The translations under genes were made by a program, and so were the position numbers. Below the pieces are notes generated by a model. The model saw only the letters and a list, made by a program, of their open reading frames with translations. It had not been told where the DNA came from and made no database searches. A DNA stretch of 63,999 bases, filler included, from Piptocephalis cylindrospora (lineage: Eukaryota), in assembly GCA_003614145.1 (NCBI GenBank). It is 25 parts of 25 records of this genome, joined end to end, with 100 filler letters (N's around TTAATTAATTAA, not from the genome) between each part and the next. Parts side by side here need not be neighbours in the genome. Positions count along the whole stretch, not along the records: positions 10,489 to 13,001 come from KZ988936.1; positions 13,102 to 15,613 come from KZ988937.1; positions 15,714 to 18,224 come from KZ988938.1; positions 18,325 to 20,833 come from KZ988939.1; positions 20,934 to 23,438 come from KZ988940.1; 20 more parts are not named here. One strand, written 5' to 3'. Shown here piece by piece: positions 10,489-21,227 of this stretch (its first letter is position 1; each line of letters starts with the position of its first letter).

Positions 10489-12449
10489 CCCCCCCCCGCA
10501 GGTTACGGGTTCCTCTCGGAGAACGCTACTTTTGTCGAGGCGCTGGACAAGGTTGGAGTTACCTTTATTGGCCCATCCCGCCAAGCCATGGCGGACATGG
10601 GGGATAAGATCCAGTCCAAGATCATTGCCAAAGAATCTGGAGTCAATGTCATCCCCGGATTCAATGGCGTAGTCAGAGATGCGGAGCATGCCCAGGATAT
10701 TGCCAATGATATTGGGTACCCCGTCATGCTCAAGGCCTCGGCCGGTGGAGGAGGAAAGGGAATGCGAATCGCGTGGAATGATGCCGAGGTCCTTGAGGGC
10801 TTCCGTCTGGCCTCCTCGGAGAGTATGAGTAGCTTTGGGGACAATCGGCTCTTGGTGGAAAAGTTCATTGATGAACCTAGACACATTGAGATCCAGATCA
10901 TTGCAGATACCCATGGAAATACGGTAGGTGGAAGAAGAAGCCATTGTATTTTATTTCTGGCTCTAGAAAGAGTACCACTCATCCTCTCCTCTCTCTCATC
11001 CCATAGCTTTACCTCCCTGAACGGGAATGCTCCATCCAAAGAAGAAATCAAAAGGTCATCGAGGAGGCCCCGAGTACCCACTTGGATGAGGAAACGAGAA
11101 AGGCCATGGGGGAGCAGGCTGTAGCCTTGGCCAAGCACGTCAACTACGCCTCGGCCGGGACAGTAGAGTTTCTGGTGGATTCCAAGAGGAACTTTTACTT
11201 TCTGGAGATGAATACTCGGTTGCAGGTCGAGCACCCAATCACCGAGTACATCACTGGAGTGGACCTCGTTGAGCAGATGTTACACGTTGCCGCTGGTCGA
11301 CCCCTGTCCCTACGGCAGTCTGACCTTCAGATCAAGGGATGGGCTCTGGAGAGTCGAGTGTATGCCGAAGACCCCAAGCATTACCTTCCCTCCATTGGCA
11401 CACTTAGCCAGTACAAAGAGCCCCGTGGGGCCGACGGGGCCTCCAAGGACATTCGATGTGATAGTGGAGTTGTTGAGGGAAGTGAGATCAGTGTCTACTA
11501 TGACCCAATGATTTGTAAGCTATGTACCTGGGGTCCCAATCGGGAGGAGGCTATGCGAGTCATGGCTCAGGCCATGGATTCTTACATCATCCGTGGGGTC
11601 AAGCACAATGTTCCCTTGCTCCGCGAAGTGATCCACCACCCAAGATTTATCCAGGGAAATATCTCCACCAAGTTCCTCGCCGAGGAATACCCCGATGGTT
11701 TTGATGGTCATGTCTTAGCCCCCGAGGAGACCAAGGCAGTGGCCATGATGGGAGCGGTGATGCGGTCCAAGTCCGAGATCAGGGCCTCCCAATGGCTGAA
11801 TCAGGAGGGGACTGGGCACCAGGTTACATCAGGATCCTCTATCCGAGAGTGGGATTGGTGGGTGTCGGTGCACGAGGCGGAGAAGGGAGAGGCTGATGTG
11901 TCCGCCCTAACCTACCTCCCCATTCGGGTGCGCCAAGGAGAGGAGGGTACTTGGGATGTCTCCGTCCTGGACAAGGACACGACCTCCAAGGTTTCTGAGG
12001 AGGCACAGCGTCTCCAAGTGGACTGGCCCATCTCGGGCCCCTTGGTGTCCGCCCAATGGGCTCAAGGTTCCCCCGCTCCATCCATCTACCAATTCATCGA
12101 AAGTACCCCCCTTGGTCTTCGACTCCAGTATCATGGGACGGTGTATGCCATTACCCTGCTGTCCTCAAAGCAGCATTCCCTTGTCCATCACATTCGGCCC
12201 AAGCCCCAGCTGGATCTGACCAAGGTGTGCGTCAGCCCCATGCCCGGAAGCGTGGTGAGTGTGGCGGTGAAGGAGGGGGATATGGTGGCGCCTGGGGCCG
12301 AGCTTGCAGTGGTGGAGGCGATGAAGATGCAAAATGTCCTTCGGGCCTCCCGAGTCGGTCGGGTCCGGAAGGTGTGTATCCCCGCCGGGTCCAGTGTCTC
12401 GGCGGACGAGGTGATCATTGAGTTTGATAGCGAGGAGACTACTGCTTAG
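10489..12449 (+). CDS. PCCA: Propionyl-CoA carboxylase alpha subunit (biotin carboxylase plus biotin carrier), 5' partial, intron at about 10924-11006
   Basis: [23 protein letters not shown], biotin motif EAMKM; PCC-like [25 protein letters not shown] and [13 protein letters not shown]. Confidence 0.85.
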
Positions 12450-12621
12450 GTTCCTCTGGAAAGTAGAATGCAATACATACACACGAGGACACTGATTTTT
12501 TCTTTTTGACTCGATCCCCACTGGACGGACGTGCGGGTGTGTAGCCGACCACACTCCTTTTATTTTATTTTCCTGTATCCCGCTCTCCCCACATGACAAA
12601 ACAGAGGAAGACGAAGGAAAC

Positions 12622-12985
12622 CTACTCCCGACCGATATCCCGACCAAAGAGGACCTTCTTGGACCAGTCGGCAATGACGAGACAACGGTTCCGGAGGGAG
12701 AAGAGGGTGGAGATGTAGGCGCTACGCCAGAAGAGGAAGGTGGCGAAGCCTCCGGTGGCAAAGTTCCCATTGAGGAAGGGCAGATCGGCAATGGCCTTGT
12801 CGGACCCAATGTAAGCAAGGGATCCTTCGTGGGAGTAGTGGAAGGGCTTGAGCTCTGGATCTTCCACCTTGGCAACGACCCCGGCCGTGGAGGGAGCCGT
12901 GGATGCAGCGAGGATCGCTCCCCGACGGTTAAAGACATGGGCGAGGTAACCGCCCTGTTGTGAGGCCACCTGAGCCGTGGGAGCG
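12622..12985 (-). CDS. Type II (alternative) NADH dehydrogenase, Nde1/Ndi1-like, C-terminal fragment
   Basis: AQVASQQGGYLA..PFHYSHEGSLAYIG..FWRSAY..SLRNR..DW..LFGRDI. Confidence 0.9.
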
Positions 12986-13251
12986 TACCTGATGAGGGTG
13001 ANNNNNNNNNNNNNNNNNNNNNNNNNNNNNNNNNNNNNNNNNNNNTTAATTAATTAANNNNNNNNNNNNNNNNNNNNNNNNNNNNNNNNNNNNNNNNNNN
13101 NAGGGGAGGGGAAGCCATAGGATGAGACCAATCTCTTCCCCTCCTCGAGCAGCCCCTCCATCCATCATCTTCTCTATCAACCAACAGGTACATGAACGGA
13201 GAGAGGGATCGAGTCACCACACTGTCATCCCCCACACCTCAGGCAACATTA

Positions 13252-14999
13252 TCACACCGTCATCTTGTATGGCTTCCGAGGACGAAAGCTTGCTCTCCTG
13301 CCCCTTGGCCATAGGCTCCTGCCCTTTCGGCTTCGGACGCGCCATGCGACCCAAGCTGCCCACAGAGCCACGAGGCCCAGACCCCAGAGGAGATAAGACA
13401 GATTTCCATGCTCTTCTTCCTCGTCTACCCAGGTCACCTCGGGTGGCGGGACGAGGAGGGCATGAAGGATGGCGGCGCCGAGGGTCCAGCTCACCTGAAT
13501 ATCACCAATGGCCTCCACACTCTGGAAGGCAGGGATGGAGTGATTGAACGGGGGGGAGGATCCGGGAAGGGAGGCACCTTCAGAGCCTAATCCTGGGCCC
13601 TCGGAGGCGGAGTGGCGGGGGATTCCCAGGCCCTCGTGCAGGACATTGGAGAGCCAGGCGGCCTTGAAGCACTGAAGCTGGAGACGGGAGAGCTCGACGC
13701 CCGAGTGGTATCGACCGCCCTTGCGCTCCGCAAGGATATCTGTCCAGGACCTGGAGCAAAACTGCTGTGCTGCCCCATCGTATTCCTCGGCATCGTAGGC
13801 ACCACCCAGACCCAGGACATCATGGCTGGAGTACCAGTACTCAGAGACCCCGATGAATCGATGCCGAGTAAAGTCAATCTCGGGGGCATGCACCCCATTG
13901 AACAAACAGGGCAGGGATTCACAGGGCGCTGTCTTGTTCAGGAGGGGCATCGTAATTGAACGACACTCCTGGAATCTCCCTGTGCCCCGCAGCGCCATGG
14001 GAGGTTCTGTTAGGGTGTAGGGGAGGGTGAGACCGGCGTGGAGACACGGATCATGTATGATGTGTGCTCCTGCATCCCGAGTCAAGTGCTCAGGATGGGC
14101 GGGGCCGGACCCTGAGGGGTTGGTGGCATCGAGAAGACCCTCGACATGCCGTCGACGAGCCTCGTTGGTACCAAAACCGAGAAATGTTGTGACAAAAACG
14201 TCCCAGTCTACCGGCTCACCACCCAGGGTATGTAGTCTCACCGGGGTCATGTCATGAGCATGGGCCTGGGCCACATGGGGATCTGGGGCAAAGGCTACTT
14301 GGGTCGACGCTCCACCCATGTCAAGGAACCCGTAGGTGGATCCTCCGACCAGAGAATGGGAGGAGGAGGAAGGAAGGTCTTTTGCCTTAAAGTGAAAACC
14401 CTCCATGAGATAATTCACGGCAATCCATCCGTAAATTCCTTCCTGTTCCCCCGAGATGGCCCGGACATGGTCGGAGCAGGAAGGAAGGTAGAGTGAGGTT
14501 GAGGCATGCACATAGGCACATGCAGCATCCAGTAGGGCCTTACGCTCGCTTTCCTCGAGGAGACGAACCCCTGCGGTGGCGAAGAGGTAAAACGGGGTCC
14601 TGGATACCTCCGAGGCCGGGATGACACTGAGGGCAAAGTCCAGCAAGGGTCCTAGGTGTTCCGAGATGGAGGAAGGGTGGGAGGCAAAGCTGGATATACC
14701 TACGTAGGGAGGGAAGGTGAGCCAGGGCGTGAGGAAAGGACATGTACACGGGAGGGAGGAAGGACACGAAGGAACATACCAGGTTCCTGCTTCATCTGCC
14801 AGTGAAGTCCCAACTCATCACCCAGTTCAACGTGCGGAAGATTACGTAGTTGTTCTGAGGAAGCAAAGCGACGGGCGTGTAATGGATCCTTCCACGAGTA
14901 CACCTGGACCCTGGACCCGGAGGATCCAGCGTCAACGAGGACCGCGTACCGACGGTGCTCTCGCCAAGGCATCCCGTCCTGTACAATCTGGTGGTCCAT
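13252..14999 (-). CDS. YND1: Golgi apyrase (GDA1/CD39 family) with C-terminal TM helix; intron at about 14701-14779
   Basis: Apyrase conserved regions DAGSSGSR, ATAGVR, EGIYGWIAVNY, DMGGASTQ, SWTLG; C-terminal hydrophobic segment. Confidence 0.88.
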
Positions 15000-15559
15000 C
15001 TGGGGGGAGGAGGGGGTAATTAACGGAAGGGGAGGGGGCGAGCGATGAGTGCAGGGTACTGATGCAAGAAGAAGTAGAAGGAAAGGAAAGAAGGAAAGAG
15101 GAAAGCGCGGGGATAGGGTGAGAGAGAAGGAAGGATAGGTACTTTCCCACTCCGTAGATCAAGGAGGCAGGGACACTTGGTGGTGGGTATTCGTACGGGT
15201 CGAATTATCTGGCTAAAAATGGAAATATTTGGGGAAGAATTATAAAAGGCAAGGAAGGGGGAGGAGGAGCAGATGAGCGTTATTTGTGGCAGTGTGACTG
15301 GGGTTGACAAGGAAAGGGATCAAGGCATGCTTTCCTGGTCATTGACGGGACACACTGTATTTGTATCTGAGATGAGTGAGAGCATTAAAGGAAACACAGG
15401 GTTTGATGGAGTGGAGCACAGAAAAAAACCTATATATTTGGGCATAGGCTAGAGGGGCGGCTGTAAAGAGATGAATACGCTTGTTGTCCATAGGGGATTG
15501 GGGAAGAAGTCGATATTCATTTTGCAATTTTTAGAGAAATAAAAGAAGACATAACGTTT

Positions 15560-15613
<54 letters not shown>

Positions 15614-15713
15614 NNNNNNNNNNNNNNNNNNNNNNNNNNNNNNNNNNNNNNNNNNNNTTAATTAATTAANNNNNNNNNNNNNNNNNNNNNNNNNNNNNNN
15701 NNNNNNNNNNNNN

Positions 15714-16139
15714 ACGATTCCAGTTGTCCTTGGTCCATCCTTCATGCGCCCGAGCAAAGGCCATGCGATCCTTTCGATGCCTTTTTCCCAAAAAGGGACG
15801 TTTCCATGGTTTCCTACCCCTTAAGTTCGCCCTTCGGAGGGCGTTGCGGACTGTTTGTGCACATGGTCTTCTTGCCACAGCCCCCATCTCCTGGAGATAC
15901 AGGCGGGCGGGTCCACCAACTCTGGAAGTCACATGCTGGATAGCATTCCTGGTGTCCCTTGCGGATGTCATCTTGGGGCGGCCCATTTTGACTGGGACCT
16001 TGCTCATGTCCCTTTCCTTTCTCTTTCCGGACACAGTCCCTATACTTACCCCCACCCTAGAAGCCACTTGCCGAACGGAAAGGCCATCCTGGAGGAGTTT
16101 TCGGATTCCTAATGCTTTTTCCTAGGATATGGCTCTCAT
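15714..16139 (-). pseudogene. Tc1 transposase pseudogene with TAG at codon 6
   Basis: ATG AGA GCC ATA TCC TAG GAA AAA... is in frame with the HTH region. Confidence 0.8.
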
Positions 16140-16504
16140 CGCTAGTATGAAGGGAAAGGTTGACTAGAAGAAATATGCGATATTATGCTACGCTAGGGTA
16201 ATGGCCTTATGCTTCCAATGGCTATTTTCCTTTTGAGAGTCTTTTTCTTTCCCTCCGGTAAGGCTTTCTTGGAAAATATGTATTACTTTACGACCCACCC
16301 AAAAAGTGTTCAAATGCTTTTTTTGGTTTTAATTTTGTCTTGGAAAATGAATTTTGGTTCTAATTAGTTTACGTTTGTATTTTCTAAAAGCCTGACTTCA
16401 GGGCATCTGATGGTCTAATTTATGTTTCATGAGACGTTGTATGCTGCCTGTAATAATCCTTGTACTCTGACATCAAAACATTTGAACACTTTTTGGGGAC
16501 GCTG
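15714..16504 (-). mobile_element. Tc1/mariner DNA transposon, 5' part with terminus TA|CAGCGTCCCCAAAAAGTGTTCAAATG
   Basis: Transposase N-terminus with HTH (LSVRQVASRVGVSIGTVS), GRPK linker, TVRNAL and KRPFL..H...RMAFARAH..WT; terminus followed by TA at 16505-16506; the same end recurs at 36437-36529. Confidence 0.88.
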
Positions 16505-16506
16505 TA

Positions 16507-16758
16507 AGTGGGATCTCTGTAGATAATCCCAGAGCCAAAGGACAAGGGTTAACGTGAGGAAGGGCTCCTCATTAATGAACAAAGGTATCTAGCCGCACAA
16601 GGATGCTCTAGTATAACCCAAGATATAATGAACCATCCGCCTAAACAATTCGTTATAAAGGGCCGGATTTTGGGCATTCCCAACATATTTGAAAATTAAA
16701 CTACTTGCATTTGAATTCACTCTACCCTTTTCTGATAATCGGTCCCTTAATATTGACA
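16507..16758 (+). repeat. Diverged, 5'-truncated copy of the ~300-bp solo-LTR family
   Basis: Shares AAAGGACAAGG, CTCCTCAT-AATGAACAAAG, GCACAAGGAT, ATCCGCCT, CATTCCCAA and TGAATTCAC in the same order as 36545-36854; right end uncertain. Confidence 0.65.
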
Positions 16759-17462
16759 TTATCCTCCACTCTAAGACTTAAATACTTTTTTATGACACTC
16801 TATATAAGGTAGCCAAGTATCTAGGTCTCCCAGAGTATAAGGATCATAGTCAACATACAGAGAACCCTGAAGCATGGTTCCAAAACAGTTATTGCCTTAT
16901 GGGGAAACACACCCAAGAAAATTTCAGCAGTGGGAAATTTAGAAACGAAATAAGCGTGCAAAAGTCAGAGCATCAGTTGTGTGATTCCGTTGCAGTATCT
17001 CATGCGTCCGAGGCCAGATAGGGAAAAAAGCAGCGCTAGAATTCATATTATAGCGCAACCAAAGAATATGAGCCATCAATGAGAATCAGAGAGCGTGAGC
17101 GAAACGGCGGATTTATCTCTGAAGGATAGTATAAAATATCATTGATGTAAGGATCATAAAGCAGGAGAGGCAAGGAAAGGCAAGGGATAAAATAAGCATA
17201 TTTTAAGCCTGAGAAAAAAAGGTCAAGAGCGCCTTTCATAGGAGAAGGGAAAGGAGGAGTCATCCCAAGATGTATATGACCCGGAGATATGATCTATTGA
17301 TTACCCGAACAACAACTCCTAGCTTAATCAGCACCCTCTCGCTAAGCCCCTCTTTCTCCCTCTTTCTCCTCCTCTATAAAAGCAATTCCTCTCGTTTCCT
17401 TCATTACCTGTCAAATTTACCTTTGGTTTTACTGGCGGCGGAGCTGGGTATAGAAGAGCATT

Positions 17463-18224
17463 GGTCCTCATTTTCAGTCCTTTAATTCCTTGCTTTCCTC
17501 TTTCTTCTTTCCATTTTGTCGCCTTCTTCAACCAACTTGCCCACATTTTCTTCTACAAAGGTATATGCCTCTCTTTCCTCCGGGAAAGAGGCCGTTTCTA
17601 CAACAAATGGGCCTGTCCCAGGTGCCAAGTCCAGATGACCTACGGCAGCGCGCGTCAGCGGTTTTGGTGCTGCAGTTGGAGGTGCGGGGAGGAGATCCCT
17701 CTGCGTCGACATTCTTTTTTCGCTGGACGCCGCCTCCCCACTTCCAAGATAATGCACCTTGCTTATCTTTGGCTGAAGCAGGACAGCGTGGGATCCATGC
17801 AGGTTGCAACGGGGCAGTCCAAGGGTCACCTGGCGTCCATCATCCAGGACTTTCGGCAGCTGGTTAACGACGCCGTGGACGAAGAAGACGTTTTGATCGG
17901 TGGTCCGGGGATCGTGGTGGAGATTGACGAGACCAAGTTTGGCAAACGTAAGTACCAGAGGGGGCACCGCGTTGAGGGCGTCTGGATCCTAGGGGGGTGG
18001 AGCGCTCTCCCGAGCGTCGGTTTTTTTGGCCTCACCGTCCCGGACCGCAGTGCTGCCACCCTCGAGGCGGCCATTACCTGCCATGTTCGGCCTGGATCCA
18101 TCATCTACACGGACATGTGGCGTGGCTACAACGGGCTGTCCAGGATCAACGGCTACCAGCACTACGCGGTCAACTACTCGGAGACGTTCAGGGATCCAGT
18201 TACCGGGGTCCACACCAACACCAT
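17463..18224 (+). mobile_element. Merlin (IS1595/ISXO2-like) DDE transposase, 3' truncated, probably degenerate
   Basis: CPRC..C..C zinc finger, HSFF, IGGPGIVVEIDETKFGKRKYQRGHRVEGVW, DRSAATL, PGSIIYTDMWRGY, FRDPVTGVHTNT. Confidence 0.9.
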
Positions 18225-18324
18225 NNNNNNNNNNNNNNNNNNNNNNNNNNNNNNNNNNNNNNNNNNNNTTAATTAATTAANNNNNNNNNNNNNNNNNNNN
18301 NNNNNNNNNNNNNNNNNNNNNNNN

Positions 18325-19344
18325 GCCTCCTCCTCCACCTCCTCCACCTCCTCTTCCCGCTCACACCCAGCCTCCCCCGTGACCAAGGCTCCGAGGACCC
18401 CAAAGGAATTGGGCGCCCTGTCCATTCGTCTCCTCCCACACTCCCCTCCCGCCTCCACCAAGTATCTTCATACCCATGACCCATGGACTGGCCTGACCGA
18501 GGAGCAGGACCTACGTCATCTTCTCGGGTGGGATACTGTTGTGGTAAAAGGCAGGTCGGGGAGGCTTCCTGCCTCTTCAGCCCATCAGCCCATCCCAGGG
18601 ATCTCGGAAGATAAAAAGGACATTCCCACGCCTACCGTAGAGGATTGGCATGGCCAGCCCGAGCCCTCCTCCTCTCCCGTGCCAGATGAGCTGGGTCAGG
18701 AGGAGGAAGGGGAGGAGGAGGATGCTTCGGAGGAAGCCATGATTCGACGACATTTCCGGTATGAACGAGAGGAACGTCGACAACGGAATAGGGAAATGGA
18801 GATCCTCGCTTATGCCCGGTACCAAGAGGAACTGGCCCAAGAAAAACGGCGCCATCTCCTCCTGAACAATCTTTTACCCAAATGTCCATCTTCAGACACT
18901 TCTTCCTCTCGCTCTTCCCGTCCATCCTCCCAGACCAGTCGTAGGCTAGGGAAGCGTACATCCCAAGCTCTTTCATCCTCCAAGACCTCCTCTTCCAGGA
19001 AACCTTCCTCTTCCTCCTCTTCTTCTTCTTCCTCCTCCTCCTCCTCAAAGACTCCATCCAAAAGGACCATATCCACTAGGTCTACCCCTACAGCTTCTTC
19101 CTCCTCTTTCCCCTCCAAATCCTCTACTCCTCCTTTGTCGAAGGAATCTCCTTCCAGATCCTCCCTGACTAGGCATGCGAAGGCTTCTAGAAGGAGAGAA
19201 GGTCTACGTCCAAAGAGGCGACGGATCATTACCCCAGACAGTCTATCCGAGGAGGAGGACGATGAGGATGACAAGGATGATGAAGACTTTCAAGACGTTG
19301 CCCCTTCCCGCTCCAGAAAGCGATCTCGGCCCTCTCGGAAGTGA
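18325..19344 (+). CDS. Sas4/PEHE-like motif protein, 5' partial, with Ser-rich and basic tail
   Basis: DIPTP...EDASEEAMIRRHFRYEREERRQRNREMEIL resembles PEHE (MSL1/KANSL1) and Sas4 H..ER.E...RN.E.E motifs; NLS-like PKRRR. Confidence 0.6.
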   Translation, partial: ASSSTSSTSSSRSHPASPVTKAPRTPKELGALSIRLLPHSPPASTKYLHTHDPWTGLTEEQDLRHLLGWDTVVVKGRSGRLPASSAHQPIPGISEDKKDIPTPTVEDWHGQPEPSSSPVPDELGQEEEGEEEDASEEAMIRRHFRYEREERRQRNREMEILAYARYQEELAQEKRRHLLLNNLLPKCPSSDTSSSRSSRPSSQTSRRLGKRTSQALSSSKTSSSRKPSSSSSSSSSSSSSSKTPSKRTISTRSTPTASSSSFPSKSSTPPLSKESPSRSSLTRHAKASRRREGLRPKRRRIITPDSLSEEEDDEDDKDDEDFQDVAPSRSRKRSRPSRK

Positions 19345-19986
19345 GTGTAGACTATGGGAGATTGACTTGTTTTATCCTTGTCTTTCCCTCAATGTGCTTG
19401 TGTGTGTTTGTGTGTGTTTGTGCGATTTTCTCCTCTCCCCCTCCCTCCCTCCCTCCCCCCTCTCTCTCTCTGCGTGTACTCATTGCTTATCCATCCTTTC
19501 TGTTCCCCTTTCTCCATGCGTGTTGAATAACAATAAAACAATTCATTGATCTCGGCTTTTTCCGTGTGACTTCATCAACATGTAACCACAGGAGATTATG
19601 ACCATTAATCTCATTCTCACCGTCCATGGTCTGTGGCATGCCGTCCTCTCACGTAGCAGTCTCGCAATAATAGATATTGGATCTTTATATATTGCGCAAT
19701 TCACCATAGGAAGCTTGATCAGAACCCAAAAATAGGTCTTTCCTACGGACGATCGCCTTATTGCCAGGTTGATACCTCCCATTCCTTAACCGCCATTTCC
19801 TAGGTGGTGTCATCTCAAGGTCAAGTGGTCACTCCTCCTCTTGCCCCACAAGCCCCCCCTTTCATGAAGGGTGTGGAGTACAAGACAGATCCATCCCTTC
19901 TCACTCCTCTCCTTCCCCACCTTGTCTCATCCTTTTCCACTAGCTCTGGCCCTCTCCCCTCCCCCTCTCTTCTCCTCGTCCTCCCC

Positions 19987-20833
19987 ATGCCCAATAGCGA
20001 AAAGCATCCTGGGGTCACTCCGGCATCCCCCCCCCAGTTCTCTGGACTCATCCCAAGGCCTTGAGGATCCTCTGGTTGGTTGGACCTATCAAGTGGATCT
20101 TCAAGGGCATAAAAGTAAACAAAGCCGGTAGATGGCTTTAAGTCGAGTGGGTCCACACCTGGGCCTGGGCCTCAATCCTTATCCCCACTCACGCCTCTTC
20201 TCCTCTATAGCTTGCGTAGATGTGGAGGCCGTAAGGGATTTGGCACAGGGCGGGCGGGAATACTATGTGCATTATCATCCATGTGAGCGGACAATTCTAG
20301 GGGTAGAGGATCCCTTGGGAATCACTGCACCTCCTATCTTACCAGCATCAGCAGTATCAACGCCAGCGCCCACATCCATGCCCTCTTCCTCCCCCCTGTC
20401 CATAGCCGACCATTGTGGAGAGGATGGCTGGGTAGGGGAGGAGGGGATCCGTGGGCCCACTGGTTCATTCCATCGTCTCTCCAGAGTGCCTGAGAGGATA
20501 GCACGGTCCGGTAAGAGGCATGGATCCAAAAGACGTGCCCTCTCCCCTCTCTTGAAATCATCCCCATCCACCGTACATGCCGATGTAAGCGTCTATGGCA
20601 GGGATAAAGGCTCATGCCCTTCCACTGATCATGTCTTTTTTTTCTTCTCCAACGCCCCTGAGCAGCGGAAATCAAGTGCATCCAAACGCTCCTACCCCAC
20701 CATCCCAGATGTCCTAACCGAGGCATGGAGGGATGCAGAGGCCACTGATGAAGACGCTGACCCATCATCCGACCCAATCCTTGATCCTTCCAAGGATGAT
20801 CCTGAAGGGGCCGGAGGGAAGCGGAAGCGTCGT
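19987..20833 (+). CDS. Tudor-knot/chromobarrel protein (MOF/Esa1/Eaf3-type N-terminus), 3' partial, multi-exon
   Basis: Removing introns 20115-20210 and 20283-20405 gives VGWTYQVDLQGHKTCVDVEAVRDLAQGGREYYVHYHPSDHCGEDGWV; ATG 19987 is in frame only if the C9 run (20027-20035) is really C8. Confidence 0.6.
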
Positions 20834-20933
20834 NNNNNNNNNNNNNNNNNNNNNNNNNNNNNNNNNNNNNNNNNNNNTTAATTAATTAANNNNNNNNNNN
20901 NNNNNNNNNNNNNNNNNNNNNNNNNNNNNNNNN

Positions 20934-21227
20934 GAACCATCGCCGGCGTGAAGCCAATGCGATCCGAAAAGTTATTATGAATCACCAAAGGACCGGTTGC
21001 CCGGGTTGGCTTTTATCTAATAAATACACCCCTTCCAGAAGTCGGGGTTTGATGCATGTATTAGCTCTAGAATTACCACGGTTATCCAAGTAGTAAGGGT
21101 ATCATCAAATAAACAATAACTGATATAATGAGCCATTCGCAGTTTCACTGTATAATTGTTTATACTTAGACATGCATGGCTTAATCTTTGAGACAAGCAT
21201 ATGACTACTGGCAGGATCAACCAGGTA
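20934..21227 (-). rRNA. 18S rRNA, 5' ~294 nt
   Basis: Minus strand begins TACCTGGTTGATCCTGCCAGTAGTCATATGCTTGTCTCAAAGATTAAGCCATGCATGTCTAAG. Confidence 0.98.

Noticed and set aside
15561..15613. Poly-C tract (and poly-G at 33841-33892) suggesting telomere/G4 DNA or poly-Pro ORFs
   Set aside because: Both are about one k-mer long at contig ends, typical of assembler or sequencer homopolymer artefacts
20062..20064. In-frame TGA after ATG 19987 as possible selenocysteine or readthrough
   Set aside because: The downstream frame soon stops, and the Tudor-knot continuation is in another frame; a one-base error in the C9 run is simpler
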